NCBI GenBank assembly: GCA_965644295.1
Contig: CBFFRP010000346.1
Span: 35,221-99,220 of the forward strand
Source of the DNA: Paraphysomonas bandaiensis
Lineage: Eukaryota; Protista; Chrysophyceae
Direction: 5' to 3'
Length of the DNA: 64,000 bases
Each line of letters starts with the position of its first letter. Position 1 is the stretch's first letter. The notes under the pieces are model-generated. The model was not told the origin of the DNA, made no database searches, and was given only the letters and a program-made list of their open reading frames with translations. Positions 38,299 through 51,970 of the stretch are shown one piece after another. Position numbers and translations under genes: made by a program.

Positions 38299-39894
38299 CT
38301 ATCGTGTTAGTACACACTAAACACGTCATGGTCTCCAGTATTTATTTGTCTTTGCCTTGACATTGATGCCTTTATGTTTTATTTCCTTTGTATTTTTTTG
38401 CCCTCGACTTCGGAAAGTTTTATTATATGTGTCTATACTTTACATTGCGATCCCTACATTTGTAGCTCAGCTTCACATCTACATGTCATGCTGTTTTATT
38501 GTCAATACAATCACCCTTCTGAAAGTGTTCAGCACGTAATAACTTGCGTTTTTTTACCTTCCTATGTAAGTTCGGTGCGCTTGATTTCGGATGTTGTCTT
38601 TCGTTTTGTTAGAGATATCTGTTCACGAAGTGATTTCAATTATGGTGGATGAATATCTGTTTTATTGTGATTATGGTGTCCCAATATATATATTATGAAC
38701 AGTTTTTTTCATCTAGGCCCTCGTCAGACAGCGTTTTCAGAAGTCAATAAATGAACTGTCAATTTTGTTTTTGAGGGCGTTTTTTTAAAGTTTTAAAAAT
38801 ACAATTTTTTTATGTTGATGTCTACGCTGTCCCTTTCTAGACCAAATCGAATAAATGCTTGTGAGTACCATTTTCAGGTTAGTTGTAGAAGTCGATAATC
38901 GAAAACAGCATACAGAATTGACGAACATGACATAGTAGGGGGAACAAAACTATATTATAGTGGTGATTCGAATTGCTACAATACTGTTATGGACTCTCGA
39001 TATATGCTGACAAGCTGTAGTTATCTCTGATGATCATATGTGTACTTAGCAGTACGTAATAAACGTACCTTATAATTTGGGATATTTTATAAGCCCACAT
39101 GAAACTCGTCACTTATACTAAATTTATCTTTAAGAAATTTGTAAAATATCAGGAAAATTTTATGTTGACATTTCGATGGCTTCATGGAAGAGGCTAAGCA
39201 CGGTGTTGAGTTGACATATTGCTTACAGTTCTATATTATTTTTTACGAATATATACTATGAGAAGCTTATGTCGTAAGTTGACTTCTGTTAGATAGTTGC
39301 ACTATCAGCTTATGAGCAAATCTAACATAAAATTAGTACAACGCTTTAATCATATGTTCAAGATCTCCTCCATCAGGTGGTTAGGTATACGACGGCCTTC
39401 CTGTCAAAATTTAATAGATCTAAGCAGTGATGAAACCTATGTGGTATAGACAGTGTCTTGTGTCACGAAAGCGTTGAAGTGAAATCATATATTTCTGGTG
39501 CAGATCACAGTGACTTTGTAATAATAATAATAGTACTGTTTCACAGTCTTTTCTGTAAAATGCAGCTACCATGAATTCTTTGTTAGATATATAGCATAGG
39601 CAGGATATTTTGGAATGATAACTGGCTGTGTTTTTTACCTACAGTAGTTACCCATCAACTTCATGACTTTTACTAGGAATTCCTAGCAAGAAAAATGCGA
39701 AAGGTATTTTAGTTACCTAAAAAATTCAGTATTTTGACCGACCCAAAAGTACAGTGTAAAATTTAAATTGAAGAAGAAAAAAAGTGAAATAAAGAAGAAA
39801 AAAGGAAGGTGCTGACTCTGTGATATGTACATAGCTAATATATGAATCGTCGTTGGTTGTTATTAACATTCCACTATCAACCTGGTAAGTAAGA

Positions 39895-41259
39895 ATGGCA
39901 ACAGATGAGTTGACCGCCGTGTCTCTCTTTGTCCGTCTGCTGCAGTTTGAGACTGTTAGCGATACCGGTCCCACTAATGGCGGTTATAAGTCTTGCGCGG
40001 AATGGCTCTGCTCTCAGTGCACTGAGGCGGGCTTGACGTCATTTGTACTACCAGAATCTGTAGAGAATAAGCCTATTGTTGTTGCAGAATGGAAAGGCAT
40101 AGATGACAGTTTACCGTGCGTTTTCTTGAACGGTCATTATGATGTCGTACCGGTTGTAGAGTCACAGTGGCAGTATCCTGCATTCGCGGGCTATCGTGAA
40201 AATGGTAGAATATATGGTAGAGGATCACAAGATATGAAATGTGTATGTATTCAGTATCTTATTGCTCTCAAGAGATTAAAGCAGAGAGGATATATCCCTA
40301 CGAGAACTATCCGGCTGTCTTTTGTACCTGATGAGGAGATTGGGGGTATTGACGGTATGGGTGTACTCCTCAATTCCTCCTGGTTTTTAGAAAGACCGAT
40401 TGGAATTGCTCTGGATGAAGGACTGGCTTCAGAATCGGATGAATACTCTGTGTTTTATGGAGAGAGGCTTCCTTGGTGGATACGGGTAGGATGTTAGATG
40501 AATTTGGTGCTGTAAGTGATGTTGTGGTGTTAGATAACAGCAGAAGGTAACACTGGCCACGCCAGTAGATTTATTGAAGGCACTGCGATGGAGCAGATGA
40601 TGGGCGTGGCCAATCGCGCCCTCGAGTTTCGCCGTAAGCAGAAGGAACTCCTACATGGATCATGTCCCCACTCAGGGTGCTCACACAGTGTAGCCCAGAG
40701 CAAAACCCTTGGTGATGTGACCTCCTTAAATATAACGAAATTGCATACTAATTCAGACGGAAGTGCTGAAGCTTTTAACGTAGTGCCATCTACAGTTCAA
40801 GCTGGGATGGATATCCGAATATCTCCCCATGTTGACCCCGGTGATATGGCGTTGGAAATAGACAGGTGGTGTAAGGAAGCCGAGGAGGCTGTCCCAGGAG
40901 GTAAAGGCATAAAGTGGGAGTTCGATGTAAACAGAGGACAACAACACGCGACAACTGCCACGGATGAGTCAAACCCGTGGTGGGAAGTGTTCACTCGCTG
41001 TCTGTCGGAGCAGTGTGGGGTACAGTGCAAGCCTATGGTTTTCCCTGCAGCCACTGACAGCAGGTTTCTACGTGCACTTGGCATTAAAGCATTTGGTTTC
41101 AGTCCAATTAGACGCAGCCCTATTTTGCTCCACGAGCATAATGAGTATTTGGCAGAAGATGTTTTTTTGGAGGGATGCGAAGTGTATTGCCATGTCATAA
41201 CGGCGCTCTCTTCGCAAGCTGAGTTACAAGAAGATACATGCACTAACACGAGTAAATAG
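39895..41259 (+). CDS. ACY1: Aminoacylase-1 (peptidase M20A), one intron at ~40486-40533
   Basis: LNGHYDVVPV, GRGSQDMKC, FVPDEEIGG, ALDEGLAS, GNTGHASRF, FPAATDSRFLR, LLHEHNE. Confidence 0.95.
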
Positions 41260-42112
41260 ATAGTCCATCGAGTTGGAAAAGGATTATTAAAACTATTATG
41301 ACCATCGTGTACTTAATATTTAGTAATACTTACTGTGCATTACTTTGTTACAATTCTACCGATGCAACAGACCGCAGTACTACTTTCTAAAATTTATTAT
41401 TTTCACGGCTTTAAGGGGGTGTTAACATGAAGTGTAAGCTAAATGGAAGATGAACAAAAGAGAGAAACCTTGTGTGTGCTTATTGAATACTGAATACTAT
41501 ATACATTCAAGTTTTTTGGTATTTTATTAATTGAATTGAATTGTATTTGTATTACAGTATGCGAGTTTGATCGTCCCTTAGGTGGTGGTAGTTTATTCTT
41601 ATTTGACGAGGAGGAAATGAGATATCACGTCATCATTAATAATACATGTAGTGTGTACTGTGTATCTACGAAACTTATCTCAAACCTGTGGCCAAACACA
41701 CTCTATGTTCTAATTTCTGATTCACTTTGATATACTCAACACGTAAGATAGCATTCGGAGAAATACTTTGTAATATTTCTGCAACACGGATAACGTGAAA
41801 CCTACAAGAACTGGGCGAATATGACATTCGCGATCCCTTGATTAATGGCGAGAGCAGAAAAGACGTAAAGTACAATACAATTGTCACAGAAAAAAGATAC
41901 AAAGATACTTATTGAAAGAACGTAAATAACGCCCGCTGAATTGAAAACATGACCTGTGCCGTATATTACTTAACTTCTTTCATGACAAAACTATAGTTCC
42001 AATAATGTATCATATGTGTATATAATCAAATCAGGCAACAGAGCACATACATCAAGCAAGAAATTAGGATAAATGCGCAATTATATATGGCGCATTCTTG
42101 CATGTTGGCACC

Positions 42113-44420
42113 TCACTTCAATTGTCTGGCCTCCACAAATCTCTTAAGTAGCTCAGGTCCCTGAGAAATAATAGTTAAAACAAACATCATTCGCAAAACG
42201 CGTCAGTAAGGACGAAAAATTGGGATAGCATCTTCGACATGTGTCGTTATCGAGAAAGTAGAATAAACAGTGAACAGTTCACATATGCTCACCTTTTCAA
42301 CAACCATGTCGTAGTTGATATATGGATACGCCATTTCAAACTCCATTTTAAGATTCTTAATTTTCGGTAGTTGACTTTTGTCAACAACTGGGAGCTCAAT
42401 GTATGTTGGGAATTGAGCGGAGTGGTGAACTGTGTTGACCGCAATGACACTGTCTCCAGGATACATCGGGTCAGCTAGCAGCAGACCATTATTGGGATTA
42501 ATGGAAAACCGCGGGTAGTTGGAAGACGACACGGCAAATCGCAGAGAGTGCCCTGGAGCCACTACGTACGATGTGTTCCACAATGATATGTACGCTGGGT
42601 ACACCGTGCCCTTCTCCATATACACGGGAGTGGTACCCCCTTCTCGCCAGCGCATGCGAACAGCACTGTCCTGAATGAGTCGTGCCTCGCCAGTGGGATA
42701 TACATCAGAAACGCGTACCTATAGATATAGCCAACTCAAGATGGTACTTTGCATTGCTGTTTAATTGAAGCATCTACAATCGGTAATACGATATGGGCAT
42801 GCACATATTATACTCACCATGAAGTCAGTATCAATAGCATCTGAAGATACATACAAGTGACCATTTATAGGACCAGTGAGCACCAATTCCTCAGTCAATA
42901 CAGGAGTCTCAAAGACTAGTACATCCTCACGCAAATCAATCTCCTGTTGGTCCAACGGACCACAAGGAGCGTCGCCAAACAAATTATTACCACCGTTTGT
43001 ACCAATGGGGTCCTCTGGATCATAAGTGTATGATGAAGATGTCGATACACCATCACTGCCATCACTTGGCGCAGAAGGGGATACACTGCCATCTCCGTGA
43101 AGAAAGTACTTCACCATAGTAGGTGTAGGAAACGCTTCCACTGATGTCCAGAACTGACCGGCTTCACGACCAGCATCATCATTGGACGACATGACATAAA
43201 ATGTAACATTCTTTATGTTGTTGCGCTTAACCGGCCGAGCTCCGAAAGTGTCGTACGCCTAGTACAATAGTTACAAATCAAGTACATGTGTCCATCATTA
43301 CTTCTAAATAATATTCGCACACAATGCAATTCAAAAGAACGTGCTCTGCATGGACTCATTCGACACGACAACAACGTGAAAATAATACAGGTATAACTCA
43401 ATTTATACCTGCATCAGCGCTAGTGCTGTTCGTCCGGCCACAATATCTTCCGTAAAGTAAGGTGCTGCGTCCTGACAGTGACCGCACGGGTCAATCGTCA
43501 GTACGGACTTATATCTATATATTTTGCAACAGATTGAGTGCACCATATTACAAGCAACATATTTTCACACCTGGCGGCGGGGTCAGCTTCATAATTGTAC
43601 CCTTCATACGCTGCCAGGTTTCCTACCAGGAAAATATCATACCACCCTGCCCAGAACCCAAATTTTCCTTGTTTCACGAGCTGATAATTCCCGGTAAAAG
43701 TCAAGTCTTCCCACCACGAGGTCTCGGCTTCATTCTCCATAAATTCATCCCAACAGGTTTCAACATCATATTCACGCACAGTACCAGTCAGCCATCGGTT
43801 AAGGAGGTTATATAGCAAGGCGCCATTGGGATAAATAACGTCATAGCCTATTGAGGAGGTCCATATGTAGTACTGACTCATGAGCCAGGAGGGCGCATTG
43901 TAATTAGTGGTAAAGGCCCCTAACAAAATGCTATCAACCAATGCATAGAAAAACAACTGTAATATATAGCTATCTATACTTTAAGAAACCACAACAATGC
44001 TCAAAAATATTCGGATAATAATTCCTACTTACCTAGCCCATCTGCGGAAGCCCCAAAGGTATATATCTCACCATTGCTCCATGACTGCTGCACAATCCAA
44101 TCACCGAGGTCCTCAGAGTCATTTGCATCGGCTTTCCAGTTAGAAAAATGTCCTTGTGATAAGCCAGTGCCTCTCATGTCCTGGCACACAGAGATAAACC
44201 CCGCTGGCACAAACAAATCTGCCAATAGCTCAATTCCAAACTGCCCATAAGGACTTCGATCCATTATAACTGTTGCATTTTGTCCATCTTCAAAATCTCT
44301 GGGAAAAGTTATACGAGTGTGGAGTTTGAGCCCATCTCTGGTCGTCACATATGTTGTCCATGACCGCTCAGTGGAAGCACCCGCTGTAATAGTCGCTAAG
44401 ATTAATGTGAAGAGTAACAT
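42113..44420 (-). CDS. CocE/NonD (peptidase S15) family alpha/beta hydrolase with a putative signal peptide, multi-exon
   Basis: TRDGLKLHT, DRSPYG, QDMRGTGLSQG, WSNGEIYTFGASADG, AGWYDIF, DPCGH, YTYDPEDPIGTNGGNNL, SSSNYPRFSINPN; hydrophobic N-terminus. Confidence 0.88.
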
Positions 44421-44773
44421 AAAATAGTTACGGTAATAAGAATAAGAATGATGTGGGAGTGGGATATTATATCTGTCTGTTAAAGTGATTTACATCATAT
44501 GATATGAACTCATTCGGTCGTATAAAGAGATAGTAGGGTACACCCATATATGACAACTGCTGTAGATGACCTAACATTCCGTCACCGGATCGATATCCGT
44601 ATAAATCTGGATATGGGCTACAGAGTACATGCACTCTGTACATATATATATACAGATGACGATATTACTCTACTGGATTAAGATATGAGAGTGGGCACTG
44701 TATATATACACATGTATGAACCATGAAATCATATCAACAAAATGCTTCCTAGTTGTATATATTGGCACTGAAT

Positions 44774-47700
44774 ATGCAGAAGAACGTTATCAAACAGGGA
44801 TATCTGGAGAAGCATGGTGGGAAGGGACTGATGGCTTCTTGGACAACTCGTTGGTTTGTTTTAACCAGCGAATCTCTTACATACTATACTGAACCCTCTT
44901 TAGCTGTAAAAAAAGGTGAAGTGATATTCAATCCAACGTGTTCAGTTCATCGGTCGGCTGCGGAAGGGAGTAGGAAGTATTTGTTGACATTAGAAAACAA
45001 AATAACTGGAAGGAGTTTGTTGATGTGTCCCCCTAATTTGTCGCTGTTAGTGGCATGGGAAGAAGCATTAGAGTGTGTTCTAGGAAGTGTCGAGGATAAA
45101 TGGGTCCCTGAGAGCGATATCAGCATCAGGGATACGTCCATCAGCTCCTCAAGCTGCTCAGTGGCTGTTGTGGATCCTACTATAGGCGCAAACAATATTG
45201 CCGAGTTCATTAAAGTCGGGTATATTCAGAAGCAAGGCCATAGAGTGCAGTCATGGACCAATCGTTGGTTTGTTTTGACACGTTACTCGTTATCGTATTT
45301 CAGTGATGAAACGATGTCCATACGTAAAGGTGGACTACCTATTGATCACAATTCTTTTGTCACTCGCCGCAGTACCAAAAGAACCACTCTAAGCGGCAAG
45401 AAGCACTTATTTTGTTTGTATATTGGCGAGCGCAGACAAACTCTCTTGATGAATGCGTCCAGTGAAGACAGCCGTACAGAATGGATGTCAGCTATTAACA
45501 CCACCGTCTTAATGCTTAAGCATATCAAACACGTAGTGGCAGTTCGCGTTAGTATTTGCGGAGAGGACGAGCAGTTTGTGGTGCATACTGACGAACCGGT
45601 GTTTGCTGTTAGAGTATACCTAGACTCCAAAGTAACTTGTACTGAATATCACCACTATGCTGATATTCGCAAGGTGTATAAAATGATTACTCTAGCTGCT
45701 GGAGCAGTCTGCTTTGATAACGCATTTCCTCGATCCTATAAGCGCACCTCATTCGGCGTAAGTCTTACTGATGATGAGCTTGAAATGCGTCGATATCATC
45801 TCGAAAAATGGCTTCAGGAATTGATTGTTAAATTCCACGAATTTGATTATTTGAGTGGTATTGATGGGTCCAACGATATCCAATCAGCAATTGCAACGCT
45901 CTATGGATTTACTTCACCGTTTGGCCTTGCCAACTACCTTAAAATGGGTGCTGCAAGCCATGAAGTCAAAAAGGGAAATATCTTAGCACGTAAGGCTTAC
46001 AGTGATGTTGTATCCAAGGAGCCGGATAGTGATGATGAGTATACTGACACTGGAGAGAGCACCACAGCTTCAGTAGATGCAGTCGTTTCTTCAGACAGTA
46101 ATTGCGCCACTTCGATGACCTCTATTACTTCAGTTACAGAGGCACCTACCGGTGATCAAGGTCAGTGGCAAGTGACATTATGTACTCACTTAAATTTTAT
46201 ATTGCTTTGCAGACATTTCGAACCAAAGTAGTCATGATCATTCTTTTCGCACGAATAGCCTTCCTATTCCTATCTCTCCTCGTAATGGTGATATGTTTGC
46301 TGATGACTATCCGGAAGGGCATTCAACTGAGCTCGGCCAAGATCCAGGCATCTATCAAAATGATGAAGACGAAGTGCCAATGAATGCCTCACTGCTGAAG
46401 AAATATCCTATACGTAAACTTGCGAGATTCTGTCAGATGAAACGAATTGATAGCACAACATTCAAATCACAAAAGCATTATGTGAAAGCCCTTCTAGAAA
46501 CCAGTGAAGAGGAGCCGCGCCTACAAGGGAAACAAGTTTTGGCTCTCGTTAAACGATTGGTTCATATTGTGGAAAGTAAAAAGCAACAGGTGATCGATGC
46601 CAACACTACCACTGAAATCCACTCTATATTCACAGACATGCTTCGTAAATTGCGTGTAGTCGAGTCCATATCCAAAACTATGGAATATGAATACTCAACA
46701 CATGACAAATTGGGTGCAATTGTGAGCTGTTTATCTATTTGGGACGATGATGGTGAATTTAACAGGGAAGATTGCGCATTGCTGTCATCACTCCGTGGAA
46801 GTATACGAGTTGATTCTCTATTGCTACTTGCGTTGAAGTGTCGTCTTTCTCAAGCATCAGTAAGCAATGAGTGGATGAACAGATTTTGTGCTCGTCGTGG
46901 TATTACAACCCTCACAAATTTAATGTTAGATATATTAGACGAGGAGCCATTGTCACAGCTAAATGGTGCTACGTTGCTACAGTTGTTGTATTGTTTTAGA
47001 CTAGTTGTGGATAGCAATTGTATTGAAGCTGTTGTTGATTCAAGAAGCACAATTGAAGCGTTCGTCAGGTCATTGAAATTTGAGATGAAGGCTGTGGCTG
47101 TAGAGGCATTGGAACTGCTATCTGAGACTATTGTCCATGGAGGAAGTACTGCAGCATGGAAGGTTGTTAGTTGTTTAAATGACTACGCCAAGTCGCATGA
47201 CGAAAAGCCCTTCGAGATATTGGTAGTGGCTTGCAATGGTGGTGATGTCGTTATTCAATATGCTGTAATCAGTCTAATTAACTCTATTATGCTATATGAA
47301 TCGGATGTGGAGGAGAGAATACGTATCAGAAATTGTTTGTCAGATTTGGGGTTTGAGTCCATGTGCACGATGTGGGTAAAGGAGTATCGCAAAGCTGGTG
47401 GAGCTGTGGTTGTTCTTCCTACAGTAGAAGAAACTGCAAGTAAGCCCCTTGTACCTGCTGTTCCAGCTGAACGATCCGAGCAAGGTGAGATCACCGAAGA
47501 AGTAGACATTGAAAGTGACATTGAGTACACTTACCGGCGCAAGCTTCGTGGGGGGGTGCGCGTTGCTGACCAAATCCTTGAAGAACATTTAGCCGAAGAT
47601 GATAAAACAGTTGTTGTGCCCACGGCGGGGATCATGGAGGGCTACGCAATTCAAATTACGGATGTATCCCACGACACTCCCTCGGCATCTGATATTACTC

Positions 47701-50047
47701 ATAACATTGGCAAATTTCTGATTGGAAAAACGAAAGCAACTGAAGTAGAAAAGAAAAAAGATATGTTCAAAGCTCGGCGACTCTGGTACCGAATACTAGA
47801 GACTTCTGTAGTGTGGTTTGACTCTGAGGAAGGTGGACATGAGCCCGGAGTCGGTGGTGAACTGGGGTGTTTTAGATTGACTGACGTGAACGAAATTATC
47901 GACTATGGAACAATATCCCCTAAGTTTAATTTACAGCTTCAGAATTGCTTCTCTGTTCAGTTTAAAGATGGCAGCCAGCATCATATGTACTTTGACTGTA
48001 TAGAACATAAGCACCAGTGGTATGTGGCCTTAAATGCAGTTTTAAATAGAGTTTTACTGCCTAAAACTGCGTATCGACTTCCTATTGACGACGGAATTCA
48101 TACGTCAGCCCTATTAAAATTGCGAAAAAACTTCGAAAATTTTGTGACTATATATAAAACTGTTGCAAAAGAGGATATTGCTATTGTCTATGACACAACT
48201 GTCAGTGATATGGTCGAAGAATCTGCATATTCGTGTAATACATCTTCTGATACAATGTTTTTGACCTTGTTTATGCATTATGAGTTAAAAAATCACAAGA
48301 ATGGAGGCAAGATGCACTCGGCTCTACATGACCTTGCAGCCTATGTTTACAAAAACTACGCCCCACAGCCCCCCTCCAAAGATGACGATGGCGCGGGGAA
48401 AAATCACCCGCTGGCTGTACCCGACTCTACGCGTAGTGTGCCGAGAGCACCTGCATTGCCGCCCGTTCCCGTTGCTAAACCGGTCAAAATGCCCAATGTG
48501 AAATTGAAGCAACTGTATTGGACTAAAACGAAGCCTGTGAATGTCATTCATACTGTCTGGGAAACTATGACAGAGCCTAGCATTACCTGGGAATCTCTAG
48601 AAAATAGGTTTCTCGCCAATCAACCCAAACCAAAGAAAAAAAACAACGGCTCAGCTGTGCCTTGTATTTCAACGAAGAAAAAGCTGGTTTCATTGTTCGA
48701 TGGCAGACGAACTCAAAATGTTGCTATTGCGTGCGGTAAACTACGAAAGTCTCCTGAGGAGTTGTACGAAATGGTGTTGGCATTGGATCCTGAGGAACTG
48801 ACTTCTGATGTGAACGATACTGTTCTTAATCTATTGATACCTACTGCTGATGAGCTGACAACGCTGGCCGCATATCAGGGAAGTATAGACGACTTAGACT
48901 ATTGTGGAAGACTATTTTCCTTGTTTACTGGTATCGAGCGGCTGGAACAACGGTTGCATGTGCAGCGCATAATGCTAAACTGGTCTGACCAAGTTGCTGT
49001 CCTTTTCGAACAGTTAAATACCGTTCAGCAAGCAGTGAAGGAAATTCAGAGCGAATCGTGCCTTTCATCTCTAGAATTTGTATTATCTGTCATACTATCG
49101 ATTGGAAATTATATGAATGGTATGACTAATCGTGGGCAAGCCCATGGCTACCGTCTTGATATCTTGTTGAAGTTGAAAGATGTACGACAGTCAGGAGAGG
49201 GGGTTGGACGGCGACATTTATTGCATTTCATCGTGGAGCAGATATCTCTCTATTATCCCAATGTATTAAAATTCTATGACTCATGGAAGTGTGTGTGGGC
49301 AACGATAAAAATCAGGAGACAGAATTTGGAAATATTAATGCGTGATATTGAATCTGCGCTGGAGTTATGCGTTAATGAGATAGAGGCATCTGATTTAATA
49401 GAGAATGAATTAGTGAGGACTCCTCTAGTTAATCGTCTGAGTAAGTTGAATTGCACGTATTGTCGAATAGGTTTAGTAGCATGGAAACTGCATGTATCAA
49501 ATTTATCTTGGGTTGTGCTATTGTTGTAATACTTTCTATGCGCGTTGCTTCAGGAGCGTTTATTTCTTCATCATCAGAAGCATATAAAGAATTAGTGGAT
49601 AAGTTTGAAGATACTGATAGGTCTGTGCTATCCATCAAGCGTTACTTAGGTGAAACTGTGCTTGGACACAACACCAGTACAGACGATGATCCCTGGCAAA
49701 CTTTTTTTACCCTGGTAGTCAAATTTGCTAATATGTACAAAGTATCTCTTCAAGAAATGGAAGATTGGAAAAAGTCGGAAGAGAGGCAAAGAAATAAGCT
49801 TTCCGCTAAGCAACTAGCTGCCATTAATCAAGAACGCAAGGCACTGCGAAAGTCTATTAAAGATCCTAAACTAGAAATGCCTGAACAGAATACTGCGGAG
49901 AAAGCAGCGATTCGAAAACGTGTCAGTGTGAAGAAGTCAGAAGATATGATGAAAGTGTTTAAGGCAAAGATGATGATTATTCGAAAAAAGAATGCGCTGG
50001 AAGTTGACTCTGACATCAGTGATGATGAAGATGGGGAGGAGTGGTAA
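44774..50047 (+). CDS. Formin (FH2) with PH-PH-PX N-terminus, FH3-like armadillo region and an internal PH domain
   Basis: Two KxGYxxKxG..WxxRWFVL PH domains; PX-like RRYHLEKWLQEL; FH2 motifs LKQLYWTK, RRTQNVAI, ILSIGNYMNG..RGQAHGY; in-frame intron 46161-46212 and a further intron at ~49442-49534. Confidence 0.85.
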
Positions 50048-51180
50048 CACTGCATTTGTATCTGTACGTCACAGTCAAGGTAACTAACGTCTAATCTAAG
50101 CAGTATTTTATAGTGTAATATTCCATGTAGTAGGTTCGCATTGAGGTTTGCCGAGTTGAGACTATCCGGATGTCGTAAATACGTCTCCCAAATGCTAACG
50201 TTGAAGACTGAAATTATAGTATAGTAGCTTACATTTTTTCTCTTATATCTTGTATTGTTTGTATTTCTTGCAAGATAGTTCGCATTGGCAATACTCTCTT
50301 TTACTTGTGGGATGCGTTTGCATGCACTATTATATTACTATATAATTATATAACCTCACTGTTGTGGGGTTGCTTTGAACTACTGGTAATAATGCGATAA
50401 ATTATCACTTGTTTAATCCTTCAATGACGTCAGCAATTTCAATACATAACTTACTAGGTGAATCTGTACGGGGTGAGTACTATATGTTACAATGCAAGAC
50501 GAGGACAAAATAGTTTGCTAAGATATTATTATATTAAAATAGTTAATAAAAGTCTAATAGTAGTTTTGGTCTTTCTAACTATTTCTATTCTATTTTTTTT
50601 ATGTTTCACATATGTTGCCCTGACGCTATATATTGTACAACGTACAACATGATGAATACATTCGTTTATATTTTATATTCTTGTTAATAATTTGTAGCAT
50701 ATATGGGTGCTTTTTATAGTTGAAGCTAAACTTTAACATTGGGATAATGAGTATCGTCTATTGTTCAAATAACTAAACGTAAAAGCTTTTGTTTGATGTC
50801 ACCGTTTTTAACACTTTCAAGTGAAAATTGTTTTTAAACAGATTAAAGACTGCTAAAGCTATTATTTTTATGTTTGTTATACGAATTGAGATGATACATC
50901 ATTATTGGATGCAGGTGCAAAACTCACTTTTTCTTTTGCGACATCGCTTGCACTCCAATTTCGGTAAATATGGCTTGCATCGCAAGTACCGTTTATTTTA
51001 TATGTGCACTTCAAATATATATATAAAAGATCTGATTATTACATGAGAGAACTTATATGCACTTCAAATATATGTCACTCACCGACAGCACACAGTCCGT
51101 GCGGTGTTGACCATCACATAAAAAAACAGAACTTGTAGCATGAAACAATGGGAAATATATAGCCAGAGTGAAAAATTGTG

Positions 51181-51802
51181 TAGTAGTGAATGTCTGCTTA
51201 TTAGCAATAGGCGTGTAAGAGTCAGAACTAATGTAGCAAAACAATTTATCTAACTACTGCTTAATAACTCTGATATCCTACTATTTGTCGTTTTGAAAGC
51301 TGCTTGTATTATGTCACCGGAAGCACCAAGGTGCAACCACCTTCGTTCTCTGTCCTTGAGGTGAACTAGCCCGGATGCTTGACTGTAGGAGGTAGTCCAA
51401 TACCCCGGACGCTCTTGAGGTGGGCGTATTCCAGGATGCTTGATTTTATCATGCAGCCCAATACCCCGGACGCTCTTGAGGTGGGCGTATTCCAGGATGC
51501 TTGATTTTATCATGCAGCCCAATACCCCGGACGCTCTTGAGGTGGGCAAATTCCCGAATGTGTGTTTCTTCATCAATGCCCAAAGACGTCTACACCAGTG
51601 ACACTAATTAGTGTTCCTTGTACCACACAAGCATTTGGCTACGAATGGGCAGGACAATATCTGCTGGCTATATATGCGGCTCACGTTAGTTTCTCGGAGA
51701 AATCTCTCGAGTCCGACTTTGTTGAAGGAGAAATTGTGTATACAGAAATGTTTTACATTCACTGACGACACAGTTTAGACGGGACATTACTATTTAAACA
51801 CA
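51181..51802. repeat. Unclassified dispersed repeat, copy D, containing a 61-bp tandem repeat (~51368-51547)
   Basis: Shares both ends with copy B; TACCCCGGACGCTCTTGAGGTGGGC recurs at 51401, 51462 and 51523. Confidence 0.8.
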
Positions 51803-51970
51803 CAAAATGACTGTGTGTATGAACTCTACTTCAGACAACAAATACGTATTCATAGTTCTCATACATTCGCTATTGTTATTTTACAATATATATACATAAA
51901 CGCAATATTGCACAAGAAAAGTGAAAACACAAGAAATCTATACTTTCTAGTGAATATACATTCTACTGCC

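Noticed and set aside
51368-51547. CRISPR-like appearance of short recurring motifs
   Set aside because: Contiguous 61-bp tandem units with no unique spacers, no cas genes, eukaryotic context
51250-51576. 108-aa minus ORF with an LKSVRGIG helix-hairpin-helix-like motif
   Set aside because: Arises from the 61-bp tandem repeat (not a multiple of 3) and the frame is not kept in other copies
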